DNA of 64,000 nucleotides from Gemmatimonadaceae bacterium (GTDB taxonomy: Bacteria; Gemmatimonadota; Gemmatimonadetes; Gemmatimonadales; Gemmatimonadaceae), in the NCBI GenBank assembly GCA_051859245.1, contig JBHYGA010000004.1, positions 384,001 through 448,000 on the forward strand, read 5' to 3'. Made by a program: the position numbers and the translations under genes. Below the pieces are notes generated by a model. The model was given only the letters and a program-made list of their open reading frames with translations, was not told the DNA's origin and did not search any database. This document shows, piece after piece, positions 18,306 through 27,045 of this stretch; the first letter of the stretch is position 1; each line of letters starts with the position of its first letter.

Positions 18306-18865
18306 TGCACACACCGGGCTCGGATGTCGGCAAGGTCTCAAGCACGCGCATGTACACTGGGCGCGTGATTTCGCTAGATGTTGACGAAGTCCGCTTTCCT
18401 GATGGCTCAATAGGCTCGCTGGAAATGATTCGGCATCCGGGAGCCAGCGCGATCGTGCCACTCATTGGTGCGCCCGACGATCCGGACCCGGAGCTCGTGC
18501 TGATCCGACAGTATCGGTATGCCGCCGAGCAGTATTTGTATGAAATACCGGCCGGCCGGCTGGATCCGGGCGAAACGCCAACGGATTGTGCGTCGCGCGA
18601 GTTGCTGGAAGAGACCGGGTACACGGCGGAGCGGGTCATTCCGCTCTTCACGATGTTTACGACCCCCGGGTTCACCGACGAGAAGATCCATCTCTTTCTC
18701 GCGACCGGCCTCACCGCCGGCCAGCACCAGCGTGAAGCCGATGAGTTTCTCGAGCTCGTGCCGACGAAGCTCTCTCACGCCCTGCGTATGATCGAGCAAG
18801 GCGAGATACAGGACGCGAAAACGGCCCTCGCACTGCTGTATACCTCGGCGTTCAAGCGGGGCTGA
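18305..18865 (+). CDS. Nudix hydrolase, ADP-ribose pyrophosphatase (NudF-like)
   Basis: 'RHPGAS', 'RQYRY', Nudix box 'EIPAGRLDPGETPTDCASRELLEETG', 'TPGFTDE', 'IQDAKT'. TGATG coupling to the SET gene. Confidence 0.9.
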   Translation: MHTPGSDVGKVSSTRMYTGRVISLDVDEVRFPDGSIGSLEMIRHPGASAIVPLIGAPDDPDPELVLIRQYRYAAEQYLYEIPAGRLDPGETPTDCASRELLEETGYTAERVIPLFTMFTTPGFTDEKIHLFLATGLTAGQHQREADEFLELVPTKLSHALRMIEQGEIQDAKTALALLYTSAFKRG

Positions 18866-19034
18866 CAAGCGTCTGCCAACTCGGCGGCAACCCGCCCAGG
18901 AGACAGGGTGTCCTATTTCCGAGAACCGAATTCAGGACACTGTGGCAGAACGACACATCCGTCAAAATGACCGACAAACGCGTATGTTCAAGCGAATCAT
19001 AGTGTTGCGGTTGTGACACATATCGCGGCAAACG

Positions 19035-19050
19035 CGGCACGCCACGTGCA
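19035..19050 (+). promoter_or_regulatory. probable sigma54 (-24/-12) promoter
   Basis: CGGCACGCCACGTGCA fits GG-N10-GC (consensus TGGCACGnnnnTTGCW), ~60 nt upstream of the ECF start. An IHF-like site and dyads lie upstream. Confidence 0.6.
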
Positions 19051-19110
19051 CTGTAAGAGTTCCAACGCCACGCCTCCACGGCTCGGCGACACTCGAACAG
19101 GAGAACCACC

Positions 19111-19746
19111 ATGGCTTTAATCGCCCGTCAGAAAACACCGCTTGAGCAGGGAGGCGTACGCGAACAGCTGCGCGCTCTCGATGATGCCGGCGTCGTGGGC
19201 GCATTCCTGGGTGGTGAAGAACGTGCCTTCCAGGAACTGGTTGATCGCTATCAGGGTCGACTGCTGAACTTTGTGTACCGTACCATCGGTGATCGCGATC
19301 GCGCCGAAGACCTCGTCCAAGAGGTGTTCATCCGCGTGTACCGCCACATCAGCCGATTTGATCGGTCCAAGAAGTTCTCCACGTGGATCTACACCATTGC
19401 CTCGAATCTGGCCAAGAACGAGCTGCGCAACCGCTCGCGCAATCCGCTCGTGCTCTTCCAGGCCATTCGCGCCAAGTTCGAAGATGAAGACCGTCCGTTG
19501 CAGTTCGAGGACACGCAGTACCGGCCCGATGATCTCTTCCGCAAGCGTCATCTGCGGGAAATGGTCGAGCGTACGGTCGCCCAGCTGCCAGCCCATCACC
19601 GCGAGGTGTTTGTGCTCCGTGAGCTTGAGGGCAAGTCGTACGAAGAAATCGCCGAGATTACGGGTGTGAACCTGGGCACGGTGAAATCGCGCCTCAACCG
19701 CGCGCGCACAGCCTTCGCCGAGATCATCGAGCCGCTGGTTCAGTAA
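19111..19746 (+). CDS. ECF-type RNA polymerase sigma-70 factor
   Basis: Region 2 'AEDLVQEVFIRVY...FSTWIYTIASN' and region 4 'LRELEGKSYEEIAEITGVNLGTVKSRLNRAR'. AGGAGA RBS. Confidence 0.95.
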   Translation: MALIARQKTPLEQGGVREQLRALDDAGVVGAFLGGEERAFQELVDRYQGRLLNFVYRTIGDRDRAEDLVQEVFIRVYRHISRFDRSKKFSTWIYTIASNLAKNELRNRSRNPLVLFQAIRAKFEDEDRPLQFEDTQYRPDDLFRKRHLREMVERTVAQLPAHHREVFVLRELEGKSYEEIAEITGVNLGTVKSRLNRARTAFAEIIEPLVQ

Positions 19747-19959
19747 CCGAACTTCAGGGCAGTTTCCAGCCGGCATATCCGACGTCAAAACTCGGATCTG
19801 CCGGTTTGGTGCAATTCCGGTACAAGGCGTGTAGAATCCCGCAGAGCCTGTGGCGATCTCAACCATTGTGAGAGGAACGGATTGACTCTCAATGGGTATC
19901 GTCACGCAGACCCTTTACGTGCCCCGCGGGTTTTCCCGCGTGCAAGGATTGCTGCTTCG

Positions 19960-20547
19960 ATGGACTGCCGGACTTTTCGTAAGCATCATCTCTCGTACCT
20001 CGACGACACGTTGTCGGGGGATCTGATGGCCGATGCGCAGCTGCACGTGATGGACTGCGACACGTGCGCCGCTCACGACACGATGGTGCGTCGCTCGCTG
20101 ATGCTGGTGCGCAACCTGCCATCGATTGAGCCATCGCAGGCGTTCAGCACACGACTGCAGGAACGCTTGGCGGCCTGCAAAGCGCAGCCGGCATCGGCGG
20201 ATGACGATGCGTATCTGGATGGTTTTCTCGACGCGCCGAGTGAACGCTCCGGACTGCGGGTGATGAGCGGATCTCGGCTCTGGCTGGCCATGGCGGCAGG
20301 GGTCACGGTGGTTGGTTCCGTGGCCCTTCGTAGCACCACGGTGCAGGCGAGCGAGCTGCAGATGGCACCAGTCATGGCATCGGCACCGGCGCTGCCGGCA
20401 CCCGAGCCCAGCATGGTGTCGGCGGAGCTGATGCAAGCGATGGCGTCGGGGAATCCGATGTGGTCCATGGCGCTGTTGCTTGAAGATGCGCCGGCACACT
20501 TTCTCGCCACGTCTACCGATTTCGAGCTCGCGTCTTTCGAACGCTGA
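19960..20547 (+). CDS. zinc-finger (zf-HC2) membrane anti-sigma factor
   Basis: 'MDCRTF...YLDDTL...HVMDCDTC' (HxxxCxxC) and one TM helix, downstream of the ECF sigma. Confidence 0.85.
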   Translation: MDCRTFRKHHLSYLDDTLSGDLMADAQLHVMDCDTCAAHDTMVRRSLMLVRNLPSIEPSQAFSTRLQERLAACKAQPASADDDAYLDGFLDAPSERSGLRVMSGSRLWLAMAAGVTVVGSVALRSTTVQASELQMAPVMASAPALPAPEPSMVSAELMQAMASGNPMWSMALLLEDAPAHFLATSTDFELASFER

Positions 20548-20551
20548 CCAG

Positions 20552-20582
20552 ACGCCGCGCCTCAATGGCGCGGCGTTTTTTT
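20552..20582 (+). terminator. Rho-independent terminator
   Basis: ACGCCGCGCC-tcaat-GGCGCGGCGT followed by a T-run. Confidence 0.9.
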
Positions 20583-20644
20583 GCGGCGACATGCAAATGA
20601 CGGAGCCAGTCGGGCCACTCGCTCGCGGGCATTAGGTTTAGCGC

Positions 20645-21802
20645 ATGTCGCGCCCTGCCCCGCGTTCTCGCCCTGCTTCGTCAGCACGCGCCGCCGCGCC
20701 CCCATCTGCCGATGGCTACAAAACGGTGCGTGCGGCCATTGATGCGCGCGTGTTTGCGCCGGTGTACTACCTGCACGGCGACGATGATTTCCTGAAGGAC
20801 GCATCGTTGCAATCACTGCTCGACGCCGCGCTTGATCCGTCCACGCGCGACTTCAACTGTGAAGTGCGCTACGGCGCCGAGCTTGATGCAGAAACCATCG
20901 GTAGTTTGCTGGGCACGCCGCCCATGCTCGCCGAACGTCGCGCGGTGGTTGTGCGCGATGTGCATTTGCTCAAGAAGGCCGTACGCGCTGAACTGGATCG
21001 ATATCTCGCCAAACCTGCGAGTGATACGCTCGCGGTGCTGGTGGCGCCGGCCGGCCAGAGTGCGGATGCAGGGCTGGTGACCAAGTCCACCGCGTGTGTG
21101 TTTGAAGCACTGACACCGGAGCGGGTACGCAAATGGATTGCGCACTACGCGACAACGACACTCGCGGTGACTGTGACCACGGAAGCTGCGGCGCTGCTGC
21201 AGCAATCGGTTGGCAGTGATTTGCAACAGCTGTCGGCGGAACTTGATAAGTGCGCGAGTTATGCCCGTGGTGCGGCCGGTCTGGGCGTTGCGGATGCGAC
21301 CATCGATGCACCGGTGGTGATTATCGATGATGCGGCCGTGAGTGCGGTTGTTGGTGTGCGTCGCGGTGAAACAGCGGTTGACCTGCTCGACGCCATTGCG
21401 GCGCGCGATATGTCACGAGCGATCATGCTGGTGCCGTTTGTGCTGTCGCAACCCAAGGTGAATGCGGTGCAAGTGGTGATGATGCTGGCGACACAAACAC
21501 TCGCCCTGTCGTGGGCGCGTGCAAAGCGCGACGCTGGTTGGAACACTGGACAGGTGGCGCGTGAGTTCATGAACTATTTGCGCGACGTTGGCGGTGGGAT
21601 GGTGGGACGTCCGTGGGGTGAAGCCACGAGCGCGTGGGTTCGTGCGGTCGACCAATGGACGGCGGCGGAATTGCGCCGCGCGCGCAGCCTGCTGCTCGAT
21701 GCTGATATTGCGCTGAAAGACACGAAGGTATCCAACGAGGAGCAGATCATGGTGTCGCTTGTACTTGCACTGGCCAAGCCAGCTCGTGGGCGTGCGGCGT
21801 GA
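20645..21802 (+). CDS. holA: DNA polymerase III subunit delta
   Basis: 'PVYYLHGDDDFLKD', 'RDFN', 'TPPMLAERRAVVVRD', 'VGSDLQQLSAELDK', 'LLDADIALK'. Confidence 0.88.
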   Translation: MSRPAPRSRPASSARAAAPPSADGYKTVRAAIDARVFAPVYYLHGDDDFLKDASLQSLLDAALDPSTRDFNCEVRYGAELDAETIGSLLGTPPMLAERRAVVVRDVHLLKKAVRAELDRYLAKPASDTLAVLVAPAGQSADAGLVTKSTACVFEALTPERVRKWIAHYATTTLAVTVTTEAAALLQQSVGSDLQQLSAELDKCASYARGAAGLGVADATIDAPVVIIDDAAVSAVVGVRRGETAVDLLDAIAARDMSRAIMLVPFVLSQPKVNAVQVVMMLATQTLALSWARAKRDAGWNTGQVAREFMNYLRDVGGGMVGRPWGEATSAWVRAVDQWTAAELRRARSLLLDADIALKDTKVSNEEQIMVSLVLALAKPARGRAA

Positions 21803-22830
21803 ACACGCGAACCGCTTTTGTAATTGTTGGAAGCGCGATCGCGTTGGCGCTGGCGCCGGGCGCCGCCGATTACACGCCGCTGGTCGCCACGCCGCTCGCG
21901 GCGCAGGAAGTCGCGAGCGTTGATCAGGTGGTGGGGCGGGCACGCGCCCTCGTGGAATCAGGGAACGGACGCGCTGGTCGTTTACTGCTCGACTCCCTTG
22001 TCGCGCGCACCCCGGTGGGCACGCCCGCGCTCGGTGAGTTGCTGTACTGGCGCGGATTGTTGTCGGAGTCGGGCAGTGACGCTGAGCGGGATTGGCGCCG
22101 TTTGCTACTCGAAGTCCCCATGTCGCCTCGCGCAGAGGATGCCACGCTCCGATTGGCACAACTCGAACTCACGCGTGGACGCGCGGAGGGCGCACGGACG
22201 TTGCTTGAGCGCATGGCGCGCGACTATTCCGGGCCAGCAAGTCAGGCGCGCGTGCATTTCTGGATCGCGCGCGTGTATTTCGACGTGAACGACAAGCCAC
22301 GCGCGTGCGGCGCGCTCGACATTGCCAGACGTGATATGCCCGCCGGTGCGGTAGAACTGCGCACGCAGGCGGAAGATTTGCGTTCGCGTTGTCGCGGTAT
22401 CACGGCGGTTGCGCCAATTGCGGGTGCATCAACTGCCGGCGCACCAACCCGCGTGGCCACGGAATCGCAGCCACCGGTTGTGGCACCGCCGGTTGCGACG
22501 GCGCAAACACAAGCGCCGCCGGTGCAGACGCCGCCGGCTCAGCCACCACGCACACAAACACCACCGCCGTCTGCACCAGCCGAGTCGAATGCGGCACGAC
22601 CCGACAACGCACGCTACAGCGTGCAGCTCGCGGCCTACTCGCGCGCCGATCAGGCGGCCGATCTTGTGCGCAAGCTCGCGCCGCGCGGCGTTGACGCGCG
22701 CGTGGACGGCACCTCGAATCCGTTCCGAGTGCGTACTGGGTATTTCGCCACGCGGGCGCAGGCATCGGCGCGGCTGGCCGAGCTCAAAGCGAAAGGCATT
22801 GACGGTTTTGTGGCGGAGCTCACGCCGTGA
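21799..22830 (+). CDS. TPR-like + SPOR domain protein (peptidoglycan binding)
   Basis: Signal peptide, helical repeats, Pro/Thr/Gln linker, C-terminal 'YSVQLAAYS...FRVRTGYFATRAQA...GIDGFV'. Confidence 0.85.
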   Translation: MNTRTAFVIVGSAIALALAPGAADYTPLVATPLAAQEVASVDQVVGRARALVESGNGRAGRLLLDSLVARTPVGTPALGELLYWRGLLSESGSDAERDWRRLLLEVPMSPRAEDATLRLAQLELTRGRAEGARTLLERMARDYSGPASQARVHFWIARVYFDVNDKPRACGALDIARRDMPAGAVELRTQAEDLRSRCRGITAVAPIAGASTAGAPTRVATESQPPVVAPPVATAQTQAPPVQTPPAQPPRTQTPPPSAPAESNAARPDNARYSVQLAAYSRADQAADLVRKLAPRGVDARVDGTSNPFRVRTGYFATRAQASARLAELKAKGIDGFVAELTP

Positions 22831-25610
22831 GCGGTGCGAGTACGCCGTTGATGCAACAGTACCGGGAAATCAAATCGCAGCATCAGGACGCGATTCTGTT
22901 TTTTCGGATGGGCGATTTTTATGAAATGTTTTACGAAGACGCAGAGACGGCGTCGCGCGCGCTCGGGCTCACGCTGACATCGCGAAACAACGGTGGTGCG
23001 GCCGAAGTGCCGCTGGCTGGTATTCCGGTCAAGGCAGCGGCCGACTATTTGCGCAAGTTGGTGCAGCAGGGATTTCGCGTGGCGGTGTGCGAGCAAGTGG
23101 AAGATCCGAAGCTGGCCAAGGGTCTCGTGAGACGCGAAGTCGTCGAAACGATCACGCCCGGCGCGGCTTTCGCCGATGATCTACTCGACGGTACGCGCGC
23201 CAACTACGTGGTAGCGATACACGTGGCTCCGCAGGCGAGCAGCGTGCTGCGCAACGAAGACACCGTACAGGTTGGTATTGCTGCGGCCGATCTCTCCACG
23301 GGAGAGCTGCGCGTGATGCGCGTGAGCGCGGGCGACGCACCCGCGCATCTCGCGCGCCTCGCACCGCGCGAGCTCGTGATGGCGCGTGGCGCAGAGATCG
23401 GTCCAAATGGTGGCGCGCTCTCGCGCGCGTTGCGTGCGGTGGATGGCGTGCTGCGCACAGAGCGTGACGCGTGGGAGTTCGACAGTTTACTCGCTCACGA
23501 AGAACTGCCGCGTCAGTTCCAGGTGGCGTCGCTGGAAGGACTCGGCTTTGGTACAGCCGACGATGCGGAAGCGGTTAGCGCACTTGGCGCATTGATTCGC
23601 TATTTGCGTGTGCTGCAGCCCGGAGGGTTGCCACATCTCGCGCGTCCGGTGATGGAGCATGCGGGCAGCACGATGCCGCTTGATGAAATGACCCGACGCA
23701 ATCTTGAGCTGGTGGAATCACTGCGCGGTGGCACGGACGGCACGCTGTTGTCGGTGCTCGATCACACCGCCACTCCAATGGGTGCGCGGCTGCTGCGGCA
23801 GTGGTTGCTGTCGCCGCTCGTGGAGCGGGCCGCGATTGAAGCGCGACTGCATGCGGTGGATGCGCTCGCGCGCAGTCCGGTGCATCGCGCAACACTTCGC
23901 GATGCGCTCGACGGCGTGCGCGATGTTGAGCGACTCGCAAGCAAAGCTGCCGCCGGGCGCGCAACGCCGCGCGAGCTGCGGGCCCTTGGTGATTCGCTGG
24001 CCCGACTGCCACGCGTGTACACTGTCGCGCTCGACATTGTGAGCGACGCGGAACGTGCGCATCGCATGCCGGGCGCGCTCGCCGTGTTGCTCAGTGCGTG
24101 GGACGATCTGGCCACGTTGTCGCAGGAAATCCAGCGCGTGCTGGTGGAGCGTCCGCCGTTGCAGCTTGGCGATGAACCCACCATTGCAACCGGCGTTGAT
24201 GCGGAGCTGGATGAGCTGCGCACGATTCGCGATGGTGGCAAGGATGCAATCGCGACGATTCAGGCCGAAGAACGCGCTCGTACCGGCATTCAATCGTTGA
24301 AGGTTGGATACAACCGGGTGTTCGGGTACTATCTCGAAATTTCCAATGCGAACCGACAGCTGGTACCGGCAGACTATCAGCGTCGTCAGACGCTCACGGG
24401 CGCTGAACGATATGTGACACCAGCGCTCAAGGAGTACGAGGAGAAAGTGCTGGGCGCAGCGGATCGCATTGAGCTGCGCGAACGTGAACTGTTCGAGCAA
24501 GTGCGCATGCAGGCGGGTGCGGAGATCGTGCGCTTGCAGGCGGTGGCCCGGCGTGTTGCGACGCTTGATGTGCTCGCCACCTTGGCCGATGTCGCGGAAC
24601 GCGAGCAGTATGTGCGTCCGGAGTTGCACGACGGCTTCGACATGCAGATCTCGGCGGGCCGGCATCCGGTCGTTGAACGCATGATGGCGCGCGAAAAGTT
24701 TATTCCGAACGATCTGCAGCTTACGGATGACGCACGTTTGATCATTCTGACCGGGCCAAACATGGCCGGCAAAAGCACGATCCTGCGTCAGATCGGATTA
24801 ATTCAGTTGATGGCGCAGATCGGTGCCTTTGTGCCGGCGCGTTCGGCGCGACTGCCGGTCACTGATCGATTGTTCACGCGCGTTGGCGCGAGTGATAATC
24901 TGGTGCGTGGCCAAAGTACGTTCATGGTGGAGATGAGCGAAACAAGTGCCATTCTGCATACGGCCACTGCGCGCTCCCTCGTATTGCTCGACGAAATCGG
25001 ACGCGGTACCGCCACGTATGACGGTGTGTCGATTGCGTGGAGTGTGAGCGAACATTTGCATGATGCGATTGGATGCAAAACAGTGTTTGCCACACACTAT
25101 CACGAGCTCACGCAGCTGGCAGAAGAGCTGTCGTCGGTGCGCAACTTTACGGTGGCCGTGCGTGAAGCGGGCGATCAGATTCTGTTTCTGCATCGCCTGA
25201 TTCCGGGCGGTGCTGATCGATCGTATGGTATTGAAGTGGGGCGCCTGGCCGGACTGCCGGCACCAGTGATCGGGCGCGCGAAAGAAGTGTTGGCGTTGCT
25301 TGAAGGAGATGGTGCACAAATGGCAGCGCGGCTCACCGCCGATGGGCTGCACGCGCCGGCCGGTAGCCGATCGCGCGGGCCGCGTGTGTCGCGTCCGGCA
25401 CGCGTTGCGTCGGAGCCGGCGGCCGATCAGCTCGGTTTTTTTGGCGAGACGGTGCGCGTAGAAGTTCGCACTGATCCGGCGCAACAGGCGCTCACGGATC
25501 GTTTGCGCGCGATCGATCCGAATCACCTCACCCCGCTTGAAGCGCTGCAACTGCTCGCCTCACTGCGCGACGACGCGGAGCGTATTCCCGCGAGCAACGA
25601 CGGCCGGTGA
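22827..25610 (+). CDS. mutS: DNA mismatch repair protein MutS
   Basis: 'TPLMQQY', 'FFRMGDFYEMF', 'TGPNMAGKST', 'STFMVEM', 'DEIGRGT', 'FATHYHEL', 'SYGIEV'. Confidence 0.98.
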   Translation: MSGASTPLMQQYREIKSQHQDAILFFRMGDFYEMFYEDAETASRALGLTLTSRNNGGAAEVPLAGIPVKAAADYLRKLVQQGFRVAVCEQVEDPKLAKGLVRREVVETITPGAAFADDLLDGTRANYVVAIHVAPQASSVLRNEDTVQVGIAAADLSTGELRVMRVSAGDAPAHLARLAPRELVMARGAEIGPNGGALSRALRAVDGVLRTERDAWEFDSLLAHEELPRQFQVASLEGLGFGTADDAEAVSALGALIRYLRVLQPGGLPHLARPVMEHAGSTMPLDEMTRRNLELVESLRGGTDGTLLSVLDHTATPMGARLLRQWLLSPLVERAAIEARLHAVDALARSPVHRATLRDALDGVRDVERLASKAAAGRATPRELRALGDSLARLPRVYTVALDIVSDAERAHRMPGALAVLLSAWDDLATLSQEIQRVLVERPPLQLGDEPTIATGVDAELDELRTIRDGGKDAIATIQAEERARTGIQSLKVGYNRVFGYYLEISNANRQLVPADYQRRQTLTGAERYVTPALKEYEEKVLGAADRIELRERELFEQVRMQAGAEIVRLQAVARRVATLDVLATLADVAEREQYVRPELHDGFDMQISAGRHPVVERMMAREKFIPNDLQLTDDARLIILTGPNMAGKSTILRQIGLIQLMAQIGAFVPARSARLPVTDRLFTRVGASDNLVRGQSTFMVEMSETSAILHTATARSLVLLDEIGRGTATYDGVSIAWSVSEHLHDAIGCKTVFATHYHELTQLAEELSSVRNFTVAVREAGDQILFLHRLIPGGADRSYGIEVGRLAGLPAPVIGRAKEVLALLEGDGAQMAARLTADGLHAPAGSRSRGPRVSRPARVASEPAADQLGFFGETVRVEVRTDPAQQALTDRLRAIDPNHLTPLEALQLLASLRDDAERIPASNDGR

Positions 25611-26176
25611 AGAAACCCTCTCGCGCGGATCTCGCCGCCGCGGTGTCGCTCACGGTGCCGGATGTGATCGCTCCGGATCTGAAGGTGTTGTTCTGCGGCA
25701 TTAATCCCGGACTCTATACGGCCGCGATCGGTCATCACTTTGGCCGCCCTGGCAATCGCTTCTGGCCCGTGTTGCACGCGAGTGGCTTTACGCCGCGGCA
25801 GTTCGCGCCCTGGGAAGAGCAGGAACTGTTACCGCTGGGTTTCGGCATTACGAACGTGGTGGCCAGAACGACCGCCACCGCAGCCGAACTCGAGCCCGAT
25901 GAAATCGTGGAAGGCGGACGCCTGCTGACGGCGAAAGTGGAGCGTTACCAACCGCGTGTGCTCGCCGTGCTGGGCGTGGGCGCGTATCGTACGGCCTTCG
26001 GCCAACGGAAGGCCGTGATGGGACCACAGGATCACACCATCGGTAGAACAGGGGTGTGGGTGCTGCCCAACCCGTCGGGGCTGAACGCGAACTACCAGCG
26101 GGACGCCCTCACGTACATGTTTGGTTTGCTGCTCTCGTCGGTCCAAGGGTGCATTCTCACCTCGGCGTCCCGCTGA
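25607..26176 (+). CDS. mug: G/U mismatch-specific DNA glycosylase
   Basis: 'VLFCGINPG', 'GHHFGRPGNRFW', 'LPNPSGLNA'. Confidence 0.95.
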   Translation: MKKPSRADLAAAVSLTVPDVIAPDLKVLFCGINPGLYTAAIGHHFGRPGNRFWPVLHASGFTPRQFAPWEEQELLPLGFGITNVVARTTATAAELEPDEIVEGGRLLTAKVERYQPRVLAVLGVGAYRTAFGQRKAVMGPQDHTIGRTGVWVLPNPSGLNANYQRDALTYMFGLLLSSVQGCILTSASR

Positions 26177-26196
26177 TTCTTCCACGTCATTGCCGT

Positions 26197-27027
26197 ATGC
26201 GCTTTTCCTCTTCGATGCTTCGGCCTGCCGCGTTGCTCGCGACGGTGTTGGTCATTGCGTGCGGCAGTGATGCCCTCAGCGATGATCTCAAAGGCGCCTC
26301 GCCACTCACCGTACGAAAGCGCACGCCCGAGTATCGGGCCGAAGTCGTGCGCGAGTACCCGCACGATACGCTGGCGTTCACGCAGGGTTTGCAGTGGGTG
26401 GACGGCCAGCTCTACGAAGGCACCGGCGAAATTGGCTCGTCGAACATTCGCCGCGTTGAACTCAGCAGCGGGAAGGTGTTGCAGCGACGTGATCTGCCGG
26501 CGCCGCATTTTGGTGAAGGCATTACGGTGTTCGGCGACAAGTTGTATCAGCTCACGTGGAAATCGGGCACCGCGTTTGTCTATGATCGCAGCACCTTTGC
26601 TCCCAAGGGTGAGTTCCGCTACGAAGGCGAGGGCTGGGGTCTCACCAGCGATGGATCGCAGCTCATCATGAGCAACGGTACGCCCGTGCTGAAATTCCTG
26701 AATCCGTCAACCTTTGAGACGTTGCGCAGTGTGGCTGTGACCGAAAATGGCACGCCGGTGAGCGCGCTCAACGAACTGGAGTGGGTGAAGGGAGAAATCT
26801 GGGCCAATGTGTGGATGCAGGATCGCATTGCGCGCATTGATCCACAGACGGGCGCAGTGATCGGTTGGATCAACCTGACCGGGCTCCTGCCCGCACCACT
26901 GCGTGCGGCGGCCGGCCGCATTGATGTGCTGAACGGCATCGCCTACGACGCTGCCGGTGACCGCATTTTTGTCACCGGCAAGCTGTGGCCGCGTGTGTAC
27001 GAGATTCAGCTGCGCCCGGTCAACTGA
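26197..27027 (+). CDS. glutaminyl-peptide cyclotransferase (plant/bacterial-type QC) lipoprotein
   Basis: Lipobox VIAC, 'YPHDTLAFTQGL', 'FGEGIT', 'EGWGLT', 'LNELEW', 'VLNGIAYD', 'VTGKLWP'. Confidence 0.93.
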   Translation: MRFSSSMLRPAALLATVLVIACGSDALSDDLKGASPLTVRKRTPEYRAEVVREYPHDTLAFTQGLQWVDGQLYEGTGEIGSSNIRRVELSSGKVLQRRDLPAPHFGEGITVFGDKLYQLTWKSGTAFVYDRSTFAPKGEFRYEGEGWGLTSDGSQLIMSNGTPVLKFLNPSTFETLRSVAVTENGTPVSALNELEWVKGEIWANVWMQDRIARIDPQTGAVIGWINLTGLLPAPLRAAAGRIDVLNGIAYDAAGDRIFVTGKLWPRVYEIQLRPVN

Positions 27028-27045
27028 GCGCGGCTGCACCCCGCG

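Noticed and set aside
19749..19780. GAACTT as a sigmaE-type -35 element
   Set aside because: No matching -10 (TCTGA/GTC-type) at 16-17 nt spacing.
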